The translations under genes and the position numbers were made by a program. The notes under the pieces were generated by a model. That model ran no database searches. It had not been told where the DNA came from and saw only the letters and a program-made list of their open reading frames with translations. Positions 47,038 through 55,567 of a DNA stretch of 64,000 nt are shown here, piece after piece; position 1 is the first letter of the stretch; the number at the start of each line of letters is the position of its first letter. This DNA comes from Nitrospiraceae bacterium. Lineage in GTDB: Bacteria > Nitrospirota > Thermodesulfovibrionia > UBA6902. The stretch is taken from assembly GCA_003599025.1 (NCBI GenBank), contig QZIL01000084.1, positions 4,285 through 68,284 of the forward strand. The letters run 5' to 3'.

Positions 47038-47781
47038 ATGATGAAAAAGCTCAGTCCGAATGAGGTCCATGATCAGGTACGCCGGAGGTACGGTGAGATA
47101 GCATACTCAATAAAGGACAGGTTCAAATATCCTGCCGGCAGGGAAGGCCTTTTAAAACTTGGTTATGATTTGACTGCTGCCCAAGTAATTCATGAGGGTA
47201 TTGTTGAATCCTTCTGCGGGGTAGGTAATCCTTTCAGTCTGGGGCCTGTTCGGCCGGAAGATACTGTTCTGGATGTGGGATGTGGAGGGGGATTTGATGT
47301 TGTCATGGCAAGTCATTTTACGGGTCCTGAAGGGAGGGTATACGGGATAGATCTGGTCCCTGCAATGGTGGAAAAGGCAAAACGAAATATAATGAGTATG
47401 GAATTATCAAACTGTGAAATAAGAGTTGCAGGCTCAGAGGCAATCCCCTTTGATGACAATACATTTGATGTTGTTATTTCAAATGGGGCGATTTACCTGT
47501 CACCTTTAAAAGAAAAATCTCTGAATGAGGTATGCAGGGTCCTTAAACCGGGAGGCTGTTTCCAGTTTGCTGACGTTGTCCTTAATGACGATATTCCGGA
47601 AAAGGTCGCGGCCTGCTTTGATGGCTGGGCCGGTTGAATCGGAGATGCGGTCCTGGTCAGGGACCTGATAGAGTTAATGAGGAATGCAGGCTTTGAAGAG
47701 GTCGAATTTGCCGGGATGACCGGTATATTGACCTCAAAGTTCACGGCTGGCGCACATTTCCGTGCACGGAAGAGAAAATAA
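47038..47781 (+). CDS. ArsM-like SAM-dependent methyltransferase, predicted selenoprotein (TGA 47635-47637 read as Sec; 247 aa)
   Basis: SAM motif VLDVGCGGGFD. ArsM-like FCGVGNP and LKPGGCFQFADVV. The ORF stops at TGA after DGWAG, but the same frame continues for 47 sense codons (IGDAVLVRDLIELMRNAGFEEVEF...AHFRARKRK) to TAA at 47779-47781. The TGA aligns with the Cys of HGECLSGA in the arsM paralogue at 62107. A SECIS-like hairpin follows. Confidence 0.7.
47649..47665 (+). other. SECIS-like hairpin downstream of the in-frame UGA
   Basis: GGUCCU[GGUC]AGGGACC forms a 6-bp stem with one bulged G and an apical GGUC loop. The stem starts 11 nt after the UGA. The loop starts 20 nt after the U of UGA. 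Confidence 0.5.
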
Positions 47782-47804
47782 TAGTAGCAGTTTAAAAAAA
47801 GTAC

Positions 47805-47963
47805 TAGAGTCTATCTCTAAATTAGATTTATCATGTTATCATTCCCGCACAGGCGGGAATCCAGTCTTTTTATCATTATGGTTCCCCGTTTTCACGGGGA
47901 CAACATCTGGATGCCCGCTTACTATGACAATCAACGGCATTTCAATTTTGAGATAGGTTCTAA
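47805..47963. mobile_element. MITE-like element, family A (about 24-bp terminal inverted repeats enclosing hairpin modules)
   Basis: Left end TAGAGTCTATCTCTAAATTAGATTT. Right end ATTTCAATTTTGAGATAGGTTCTA (reverse complement TAGAACCTATCTCAAAATTGAAAT). The interior carries tcattcccgcacaggcgggaatccag, ccccgttttcacgggg and ggatgcccgctta. There is no ORF of its own. Confidence 0.65.
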
Positions 47964-47986
47964 GCAACTTGTCCCAGTCAATAGAT

Positions 47987-48020
47987 AAAAAAAGGGAGTC
48001 TGTTCTCAGACTCCCTTTTC
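47987..48020. terminator. Bidirectional rho-independent terminator between the methyltransferase and cytochrome genes
   Basis: aaaaaaa-GGGAGTCT-gttctc-AGACTCCC-tttt (stems 47994-48001 / 48008-48015). Confidence 0.65.
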
Positions 48021-48038
48021 TGTTATTGAATTAATATC

Positions 48039-48608
48039 TTAGTGCTCGTATTTGAGCGGGAAATGTTCATGTGTCTTTTTAAGCCTGTCCTTGATATCAA
48101 ATTTGTATTTGGCATCCACTTTTTCATTGAACGGGCTGTCTTTTCCATGGCAGTCCATGCAGTTGTTTTCCTTTTCAGAGGGAAGAGACAGTCCTGCTTT
48201 CTTTACGTCAACTAATTTAAACTGCTTGTCTTTTTTCATAATCTGGCTGAAGTCCGCTCCAGGGCCGTGACATGACTCGCACTGAACATCGATTAAATCC
48301 GGGGTCTTTTCCAGACTCACAAAACCGCCCGGTTCACCATAACCTGTAGTATGACACTTCAGGCAGTCCTTATCGTTTGTGTAGTCTTTGGCAGGGTCCA
48401 GGCCAGCTTTCTTCTTTTCATCTGCCTTAACACCAGCCTTGAGATTCTCAAAACTCTTTGCCATAGTAGTTTCTGACCATGACTTGAACTGTTTCATGTG
48501 ACAGGCCTTGCATTTCTTTGCCCCTATGTATTCGGCGGCACTGGCAGCAGATACAAAAAACGTGATCAGAATGAGAGAAAGAAAGGCTCCGGAAATTTTC
48601 TTGAACAT
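48039..48608 (-). CDS. Periplasmic tetrahaem c-type cytochrome
   Basis: Signal peptide and four CxxCH motifs (CKACH, CLKCH, CESCH, CMDCH) in 189 aa. Confidence 0.85.
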   Translation of the reverse strand: MFKKISGAFLSLILITFFVSAASAAEYIGAKKCKACHMKQFKSWSETTMAKSFENLKAGVKADEKKKAGLDPAKDYTNDKDCLKCHTTGYGEPGGFVSLEKTPDLIDVQCESCHGPGADFSQIMKKDKQFKLVDVKKAGLSLPSEKENNCMDCHGKDSPFNEKVDAKYKFDIKDRLKKTHEHFPLKYEH

Positions 48609-48731
48609 TGTTCATAACCTCCTTTTCAGTGATTGTTTGTATTATGAGATAAATCTCACTCGAAATATTGCGCAGCAAAAAAAGGATATCAGCTATACAA
48701 TTAAATGTCAATTGTCAAAGGGCTGAATCCC

Positions 48732-48897
48732 TTAGCTAGTATCTGTTGCGGAGAGTGATAATTTGATATTAACATGTCATTTCGAGCGAAGCGAGAAATC
48801 TTAACCTGTCGCAGTACCGAAAGATTTCTCCCGCTGGTCGAAATGACAATCCAGCTTAGGTAGCAATTTATAGTTTCCGCAACAGTAACTAGCTTAA
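48732..48897. mobile_element. MITE-like element, family B (different terminal inverted repeats, same kind of hairpin core)
   Basis: Left end TTAGCTAGTATCTGTTGCGGAGA. The reverse complement of the right end is TTAAGCTAGTTACTGTTGCGGAAA. The core at 48776..48847 is gtcatttcgagcgaagcgagaaatc ... gatttctcccgctggtcgaaatgac. It gives the spurious RFARNDM peptide in ORF 48701..48907. Confidence 0.55.
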
Positions 48898-48989
48898 TAT
48901 AATTCAATACAACATCATTGCGAGCGGCCTGTAACTACAATATATATAAATGTTGAAGATATTATGAATATAAGACATGCATTTTTATG

Positions 48990-49589
48990 TTATACGGCGA
49001 ACCCTGCCTTCTTTACATCCTCAATTGTATCTATATCTCTCAACTTTTTTGTATACCCAGCAGTATACCCGGATTTACCAGCCTGCTCAAGACTTTCTCT
49101 GAGCGTCTGTTCCGATGACCATGTCACGTTTTCAAACACTTCCCTGATCAGTTTACTCATACCTACTAAATAGTACCCGCCGTCTTCAGCAGGGCCGAAT
49201 ACAAGATCGTTGTCAGACAGCAGATCAAAGGCATTAAGTACAATCGATGCTGACAGGCCAGGAATGTCCGCGCCGACCAGCACTGCTTTCCTGTGCCCCT
49301 TTCCGAAAATCACTTCAAATGAGTGAGACATATTTGCGCCAAGGTCATCCGGTGAAAGAGGGACCAGCCCGGTCAGGAAGCGGGAAAAATATATTTTTGC
49401 TGTCCCAGGCATGTAGGCAATATATGTATCAACCCCGGGGATTTGCCTGAGGTTGAGAATGGTTTGCTCAAGCAGGTGCGTATACAGTCTGAGAATGTCG
49501 TCATCTCTCATGGATCCGTTCAACCGTGTCTTGACGGCCCCGGCCTCGGGATACTTGGCGATAATGATCAATGCATTACTGTTCTTCAC
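48990..49589 (-). CDS. DUF2064 nucleotidyltransferase-fold protein (TIGR04282-type transferase, arsenosugar/rSAM-selenodomain-associated)
   Basis: ALIIIAKYPEAGAVKTRL......LGANM..SF.......KAVLVGADIPGL......AF..L...DLVFGPAEDGGYYLVG......F..V.WSS.. Confidence 0.8.
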   Translation of the reverse strand: MKNSNALIIIAKYPEAGAVKTRLNGSMRDDDILRLYTHLLEQTILNLRQIPGVDTYIAYMPGTAKIYFSRFLTGLVPLSPDDLGANMSHSFEVIFGKGHRKAVLVGADIPGLSASIVLNAFDLLSDNDLVFGPAEDGGYYLVGMSKLIREVFENVTWSSEQTLRESLEQAGKSGYTAGYTKKLRDIDTIEDVKKAGFAV

Positions 49590-50272
49590 CTTACCTCTTT
49601 ATAATGTTTGATAAGCCTCTCAGGAGATATTTTAAAAAACGTGTAAGAAAAAGCGATAGTCCAGTCTCTCAGAGTAGTGTAAAGCATACCTTCTTTCAGC
49701 CAGCGTCTCGGTGATGCCTTAATCGGCGGTTTTATGAAAACGATCTTTCCTTCATGTTTCAGTCTCGTGGATATCTCAATATCCTCCATTAATGGAATTT
49801 CAGCGAAACCTCCGATATGATCGAAGACCTCCTTCCGGAGAAACATGCCCTGGTCACCGTATATGAGAGAAGTAAGCTGGGACCTTACATTTGCGACAGA
49901 CTCAATTAATCTGAAGCCGAGGCCGGGATGGTCGATACTGAGGGCAAATGCGCCTGCTGCCACATCCCTTTTTGTGAGCGTATCTCTTATAAGTGCATCC
50001 GCACTGTCAGGCAGTACGCAGTCAGCATGTAGAAAAAGGAGAATATCTCCTTCAGCTTTCTGCGCGCCGAAATTCATTACGCTTGCCCTTCCTGTTTTTG
50101 TCTCAAAAACTTTTGGGGTAAACTCACGGGCTATGGATACGGTCTCGTCACTGCTGCCGCCATCGACAATTATTAATTCTTCATTCTCTGATAAATGAAG
50201 ATGATCGAGTGTAATGCGGAGACTTCGAGCTTCATTCATAACGGGCATTACAATGCTTATCTTCTGTAACAT
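49586..50272 (-). CDS. Family-2 glycosyltransferase (TIGR04283-type, partner of DUF2064)
   Basis: ISIVMPVMNEA..L...L.......ELIIVDGGSSDETV.IA......GRA..MN.GA..A.GDILLFLHADC.LP. It overlaps the DUF2064 gene by 4 nt. Confidence 0.8.
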   Translation of the reverse strand: MLQKISIVMPVMNEARSLRITLDHLHLSENEELIIVDGGSSDETVSIAREFTPKVFETKTGRASVMNFGAQKAEGDILLFLHADCVLPDSADALIRDTLTKRDVAAGAFALSIDHPGLGFRLIESVANVRSQLTSLIYGDQGMFLRKEVFDHIGGFAEIPLMEDIEISTRLKHEGKIVFIKPPIKASPRRWLKEGMLYTTLRDWTIAFSYTFFKISPERLIKHYKEVR

Positions 50273-50305
50273 TTCATGATATCAGGCAGCAATGAATAAT
50301 TAAAA

Positions 50306-52366
50306 TTAAATTTTTACTAAGACCTTTGCAGCAGCAACGACTTTGTCAGAGGTAAAACCAAACTTCTTCTGAAGGTCTTTAAAAGGTGCTGAAGCTCCGA
50401 AAGTATGCATCCCGATAATCTGTCCATTGTCACCGACATAACGCTCCCATCCGAGGGTCGCTCCCTGCTCAACTGCGATACGTGCGCTTACTGTTGGAAG
50501 GATAACACTGTCCCGATATTCCTGACTCTGCTTCTCGAAAAGCTCCCACGAAGGCATACTCACTACTCTGACTTTAATGCCCTCTGATTTCAACTGTTCA
50601 CTTGCGTCAATGCAGAGCGAAACCTCGCTTCCCGAGGCAATCAGCAGAAGATCAGGTTTGCCGTCTTCCGCATCAGCCAGAATGTATGCACCTTTTGCGA
50701 GGCCTGAAGCAGGAGCGTATCTGGACCGGTCAAGAGTAGGGATGTTCTGACGGGTCAGCATAAGGGCAACCGGTTCATGACGCAGCTGCATGATTACCCG
50801 CCATGCTTCGACTACCTCATTGGCATCAGCAGGCCGGATGGTAATAAGTCCCGGCATGGCGCGCAGGGACGCGATATGTTCAATTGGCTGATGTGTGGGC
50901 CCGTCCTCTCCTACACTTATGGAATCGTGAGTATAGATGTAAATAGTGGGGACCTCCATAAGCGCGCTTAGTCTCATCGCAGGCCGGGCATAGTCACTGA
51001 AGATCAGGAACGTGGCACCGTAAGGCCTGATTCTGGATAGTGCAAGTCCGTTAAGGATACTGCCCATTGCGTGTTCACGTATCCCGAAATGGAAATTTCT
51101 GCCCTTCGGGTTTGCCGTTGAAAAATCTCCTCCCGCATCTTCAAAGGTGAGCAGTGTCTTTGTAGACGGCGCCAGGTCTGCTGATCCCCCCATAAGCCAG
51201 GGCACATACTTTGCGACTGCGTTTAATACCTTGCCCGATGAAACGCGGCTTGCTATGCCCTTTACATCAGGAGGAAAGACCGGTAACTCCGAGTCCCAGC
51301 CGTCGGGCAGCCTGCTGTTCAGCATCGAATCCAGAAGACCGGCCTCCCTGTGAAATTTGTCCCTGAATTCATCAAGCTTCCTGCCCCAGCTTTTATGAAG
51401 TTTCTTCCCTCGCCTGCCCAGACCTTTGCGGAAATGGGCCATGACACCGTCCGGCACAAAAAACTTTGCGTCTTCAGGCCAGCCGTAATTGCGCTTTGTG
51501 AGCCTGATTTCGTCCTCTCCAAGGGGCTCACCATGCGCCCCCGCAGTGTCCTGCCTGTTCGGGGAGCCGAATGCGATATGGCTGCTGACAATGATCAGGG
51601 TAGGGCGGTCATGGGTGTTTCTGAACTGCCTGAAGGCCCGCGCAAGCATACGGAGGTCGTTTGCATCCTTAACGCGGATTACTCTCCACCCGTAGCCCTT
51701 GAACCGGAAGGCAATGTCTTCACTGAAGGCCAGAGAAGTGCTCCCCTCTATCGTTATATTGTTGTCATCGTAAATCCAGCAGAGATTTGAAAGCCTGAGG
51801 TGACCGGCGAGAGAAGCGGCCTCACTTGATACTCCCTCCATCATGTCGCCGTCGCTGCAGAGCGCGTACACATCGTAATTGAAGAGATCAAGATCAGTGC
51901 GGTTGAAGTAACCTGCCTTCCATTTACCGGCAATTGCCATGCCCACACTGTTAGCAGCACCCTGTCCCAGGGGCCCTGTAGTGGTTTCGATTCCAGCAGC
52001 AATTCCATATTCAGGATGCCCGGGCGTCCTGCTGCCAAGCTGGCGGAAGTTCTTTATATCTTCTATTTCAATAGAAAGCCTGTTTGATATATTCCCATGC
52101 TTATCTGCATCCTTTACCCCGCACAGGTGCAGGATTGAATAAAGGAGCATTGAAGCATGTCCCATCGAAAGGACGAAACGGTCCCGGTTCGGCCAGAGCG
52201 GATGCTCCGGGTCATAGCGCAGGAATCGCTGCCAGAGGCAGTATGCCACCGGTGCCATTGCCATGGGAGTGCCGGGGTGGCCGGAGTTTGCCTGCTGTAC
52301 CGCATCCATTGAAAGAGTGCGGATGGTATTAATGCATAGCTGGTCCATCTGTTCATTTTTAGTCAT
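50306..52366 (-). CDS. tkt: Transketolase
   Basis: LCINTIRTLSMDAVQQANSGHPGTPMAMAPVAY......GHASMLLYS.LHL. Full-length TPP and pyrimidine-binding domains. I place the start at Met30 of the track ORF (ATG 52366-52364) because it is preceded by gaggaa, and the longer extension runs into the repeat element. Confidence 0.95.
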   Translation of the reverse strand: MTKNEQMDQLCINTIRTLSMDAVQQANSGHPGTPMAMAPVAYCLWQRFLRYDPEHPLWPNRDRFVLSMGHASMLLYSILHLCGVKDADKHGNISNRLSIEIEDIKNFRQLGSRTPGHPEYGIAAGIETTTGPLGQGAANSVGMAIAGKWKAGYFNRTDLDLFNYDVYALCSDGDMMEGVSSEAASLAGHLRLSNLCWIYDDNNITIEGSTSLAFSEDIAFRFKGYGWRVIRVKDANDLRMLARAFRQFRNTHDRPTLIIVSSHIAFGSPNRQDTAGAHGEPLGEDEIRLTKRNYGWPEDAKFFVPDGVMAHFRKGLGRRGKKLHKSWGRKLDEFRDKFHREAGLLDSMLNSRLPDGWDSELPVFPPDVKGIASRVSSGKVLNAVAKYVPWLMGGSADLAPSTKTLLTFEDAGGDFSTANPKGRNFHFGIREHAMGSILNGLALSRIRPYGATFLIFSDYARPAMRLSALMEVPTIYIYTHDSISVGEDGPTHQPIEHIASLRAMPGLITIRPADANEVVEAWRVIMQLRHEPVALMLTRQNIPTLDRSRYAPASGLAKGAYILADAEDGKPDLLLIASGSEVSLCIDASEQLKSEGIKVRVVSMPSWELFEKQSQEYRDSVILPTVSARIAVEQGATLGWERYVGDNGQIIGMHTFGASAPFKDLQKKFGFTSDKVVAAAKVLVKI

Positions 52367-52448
52367 ATGTATTCCTCGTATGGGCGGGGTCACCCCGCAT
52401 TTACTTATATTGACTATCACATAAATAATCTCCACTCTGCCGATCGCT

Positions 52449-52514
52449 GTCATTCCAGGCTTGACCCGGAATCCAGATATAAAGGACTAGATTCCCGCCT
52501 TCGCGAGATAGGAC
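52449..52514. repeat. Hairpin-module repeat copy (second arm degenerate)
   Basis: gtcattccaggcttgacccggaatccag ... ctagattcccgccttcgcgagataggac, in the zwf-tkt gap. Confidence 0.55.
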
Positions 52515-52558
52515 ATTTATTATGCGGCTTTCTATAGTTTATGCAACATTATGGTTTA

Positions 52559-54109
52559 TTATGCTATCCTCCACTGCCGCCCGTCCTCTTCCAGCAGCCT
52601 GTCTGCATCATCCGGCCCCCATGATCCTGAAACATAATTAGGGAATTCCGGGGCATCTGTGTTGTCCCACCTTTCGATAATCGGATCTACGATCGCCCAC
52701 ATTGCCTCAATCCCGTCCTGACGGGCAAACAGTGTCTGGTCGCCTTTCATGCAGTCAAGCAGCAGTCTTTCATATGGCAGGGGGAAATGCACCTCACCCT
52801 GCAGGTCCTTTTCATAATTAAACCCCATGTTTACCGGATAAAGCTGGTTCCCTATACCCGGGTGCTTCACCCCTATATGCAGGACTATTTCTTCATGCGG
52901 CTGGACCCCGAGCACAAGAAGGTTCGGTTCACGTATCTCGCATATTGACTTGAAGAGTCTGAGTGGCGGCTGCTTGAAGTGTATGCTTATTTCGGTCACG
53001 CGTTTTTTCATGCGTTTTCCGGTACGGAGATAAAAGGGCACGTCCGCCCAGCGCCAGTTATCAATAAAGAACTTGCCGGCAAAAAAAGTAGGAGTACGGG
53101 AATCAGGCGCAATATCTTTCTCATTCCGGTAGCCCGAGACATCCATACCGTTTATGCTGCCTGCACCGTACTGTCCGCGTACAGCGTATTTATCAATATA
53201 TGCACCATCCATGCCCCGGATTGTACGGTATACTTTTACTTTTTCGTTGCGGATATGGTCTGCCTCAAAACCGATAGGGGGTTCCATTGCAATCAGTGCG
53301 AGGAGCTGCATCATATGGTTCTGGACAATGTCTCTCACAACACCTGCCTTCTCATAAAATCGTGCCCTGTTCTCAATACCGATAGACTCGGCCACCGTTA
53401 TCTGGACATGGTCAATATACCTCCGGTTCCAGAGCGGTTCAAAGATACTATTTGCAAAACGGAAAAAAAGCAGGTTCTGGACGGTTTCCTTTCCCAGATA
53501 ATGATCAATGCGGTAGATCTGCCTCTCTTCAAAGGTCTTTGCGATAAGGCCGTTCAGCGCAGCTGCAGATGCCCTGTCATGGCCGAAGGGCTTTTCAACA
53601 ATAAGGCGGGCTTCAAATCGTCCGCTGCACAGTTTGCAGAAAGAGAGGCGCTCGAATATATCGGGCAGGAAATGCGGAGGGACGGCCAGATAATATATAA
53701 CTTCCCTCTTTCCTCCTGAAGCGGGTCTTGCAATTTCCTCAATACGTCCTGAGAGTTTTTTATAGCTTTCCACATCATCGAAATTGCCTGATACATAAAA
53801 AAGATGCCTGCTGAAATTCTCCCAGCACGCTTCATGAAAGGGCCCTTCGTCGAATTTCTCAACGGACTCTTTTACAAGGTCCCTGTATTCCTCATCGGTG
53901 CGTGTGCTGGAGGCGAAGGCTATTATGGAATATTCGTCCGGCAGGTTCTGATCATGGCACAGATGATACAGCGTGGGCAGCAGCTTTCTCCTGCTTAAAT
54001 CCCCGGTGCCTCCAAAGATCACCATAGTGAACGGTTCTATATTAAATCTCTCAGGCTTCAGCTCACAGAAAGGTGAGGCTGTCGGTGTATCTGAGATGTT
54101 ATCAATCAT
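52559..54109 (-). CDS. zwf: Glucose-6-phosphate dehydrogenase
   Basis: IFGGTGDLSRRKL.P.LY.L and IYRIDHYLGKE signatures, 516 aa. Confidence 0.95.
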   Translation of the reverse strand: MIDNISDTPTASPFCELKPERFNIEPFTMVIFGGTGDLSRRKLLPTLYHLCHDQNLPDEYSIIAFASSTRTDEEYRDLVKESVEKFDEGPFHEACWENFSRHLFYVSGNFDDVESYKKLSGRIEEIARPASGGKREVIYYLAVPPHFLPDIFERLSFCKLCSGRFEARLIVEKPFGHDRASAAALNGLIAKTFEERQIYRIDHYLGKETVQNLLFFRFANSIFEPLWNRRYIDHVQITVAESIGIENRARFYEKAGVVRDIVQNHMMQLLALIAMEPPIGFEADHIRNEKVKVYRTIRGMDGAYIDKYAVRGQYGAGSINGMDVSGYRNEKDIAPDSRTPTFFAGKFFIDNWRWADVPFYLRTGKRMKKRVTEISIHFKQPPLRLFKSICEIREPNLLVLGVQPHEEIVLHIGVKHPGIGNQLYPVNMGFNYEKDLQGEVHFPLPYERLLLDCMKGDQTLFARQDGIEAMWAIVDPIIERWDNTDAPEFPNYVSGSWGPDDADRLLEEDGRQWRIA

Positions 54110-54184
54110 TATACGGTTTCCTGTAAATTAATTGAAAAATTACTCTATGCTCTGCATCGCGGTTAATCATAAGTTCTTTTGCAG

Positions 54185-54265
54185 GTCATTCCCGCGGTCT
54201 TTTGAGCGGGAATCCAGTGTTTTTCATAAGGAAATGGATTCCGGCTAAAGGACTGCCGGAATGAC
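54185..54265. repeat. Hairpin-module repeat copy
   Basis: gtcattcccgcggtcttttgagcgggaatccag ... atggattccggctaaaggactgccggaatgac, in the gnd-zwf gap. Confidence 0.7.
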
Positions 54266-54286
54266 ATCCTCCTTATATCTGACTTC

Positions 54287-55186
54287 TCACTTCTTCTTCA
54301 CTGCATGCCCTCCGAACTCATTCCGCAGGGCCGCTATCGTTTTGGCGCTGAAAGACTCCTGCTGTCGCGAACCGAAGCGCTCAAGAAGAGAGAGTGTAAT
54401 TACAGGCGCCGGTACGTCCAGTTCAACGGCCTCGGCAACGGTCCAGCGGCCCTCGCCTGAGTCTTCGACATAACCGCGGATTGATTCCAGGCCGGGGTCT
54501 TTGCTGAAAGCGTTCTCAGCAAGTTCAAGCAGCCACGAGCGCACGACACTGCCGTGGTTCCACAGGCCGGCGATCTTGTGCAGGTCAAGATTGAACTCCT
54601 TTTTTGCGTGCATGATCTCAAACCCTTCGGCATAGGCCTGAAGCATCCCGTATTCGATCCCGTTATGGACCATTTTAACAAAATGCCCGGCTCCATTCGG
54701 TCCGACATGTGCATATCCGTTTTCAGGGGCGAGTGTCTTTAGCAGAGGCTCGACTTTAGTGAATACATCTTTGTCACCACCGATCATCATGCAATATCCG
54801 ATTTTCAGCCCCCAGATACCTCCGCTTGTGCCTATGTCAAGAAATGATATATTGCGCTTTTTCAGTTCCTGCGCTCTGCGTATGGAATCTTTGTAAAAGG
54901 AATTCCCACCGTCTATCAGGATGTCGCCTTCCTGCAGCATTCCAGCCAGGTCCATCAGGTTCTCCTCCGTGGCCTTTCCTGCAGGCACCATAAGCCATAC
55001 AATACGTGGTCTATCCAGCTTGTCCACAATGTCTTTAAGTGACGATGCTCCAACTGCACCCTTCTCTTCTGCCTTATTTACAGTCTCTGGTGTGCGGGCA
55101 TAAGCGATGACTGTATGGCCTCCATTTATCAGGCGCTGCACCATGTTCATGCCCATTTTTCCGAGACCGATTAAGCCGATTTTCAT
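54287..55186 (-). CDS. gnd: 6-phosphogluconate dehydrogenase, decarboxylating (short ~300-aa type)
   Basis: MKIGLIGLGKMG.NM..RL..GGH.V......GG.S.Y.D..RR...L....I.FLD.GTSGG..G...G...MIGG......GAGHFVKMVHNGIEYG. Confidence 0.9.
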   Translation of the reverse strand: MKIGLIGLGKMGMNMVQRLINGGHTVIAYARTPETVNKAEEKGAVGASSLKDIVDKLDRPRIVWLMVPAGKATEENLMDLAGMLQEGDILIDGGNSFYKDSIRRAQELKKRNISFLDIGTSGGIWGLKIGYCMMIGGDKDVFTKVEPLLKTLAPENGYAHVGPNGAGHFVKMVHNGIEYGMLQAYAEGFEIMHAKKEFNLDLHKIAGLWNHGSVVRSWLLELAENAFSKDPGLESIRGYVEDSGEGRWTVAEAVELDVPAPVITLSLLERFGSRQQESFSAKTIAALRNEFGGHAVKKK

Positions 55187-55250
55187 AGGTTTATCTCCAT
55201 ATGCTCTATTTAAATCAAAGGCAATTCTAAATTCCAGATTTCGGGATGAT

Positions 55251-55412
55251 TAGAACCTATCTCTGAATTAGATTTATCTTCAATGGTCGTTTTCGTCATT
55301 CCCGCGAAAGCGGGAATCCATTCTTTTAATGATGTTCTGGATGCCCGCTTATCCCGATCTATCGGGACGGACATGATAGTTAATAGTATTTCAATTATGA
55401 GATAGATTCTAG
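55251..55412. mobile_element. MITE-like element, family A, second full copy
   Basis: Left end TAGAACCTATCTCTGAATTAGATTT. Right end ATTTCAATTATGAGATAGATTCTA. The interior carries gtcattcccgcgaaagcgggaatcca and ggatgcccgcttatcccgatctatcgggacggacatga. It yields IPAFAGMT in the spurious ORF 55210..55521. Confidence 0.65.
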
Positions 55413-55567
55413 ATAAAATTATTACATAAAACAGTTTACTTTGAAAATTTATTTTTATCCACAAGAAACCGGTCTCTGGCATGAGCTTAAGCAGTTGAAC
55501 ATTTATTCTGACTTCGAACACATCATGAATGATGATTTAAAAGAATAGTGAGGATAAGTTGAACGCT

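Noticed and set aside
47762-47956. 64-aa ORF downstream of the methyltransferase, and the similar ORFs 48701..48907, 55210..55521 and 55537..55797
   Set aside because: All lie entirely within repeat or MITE-like elements. Their 'conserved' peptides (SRTGGNPV, RFARNDM, IPAFAGMT, RLKTAGMT) are translations of the hairpin modules in various frames.
52367-52453. 29-codon N-terminal extension of transketolase in the track ORF (start 52453)
   Set aside because: The extension (MTAIGRVEIIYVIVNISKCGVTPPIRGIH) has no counterpart in transketolases. It runs across a GCGGGGTCACCCCGC hairpin (52384..52398) into the repeat element. Met30 has a good gaggaa RBS.
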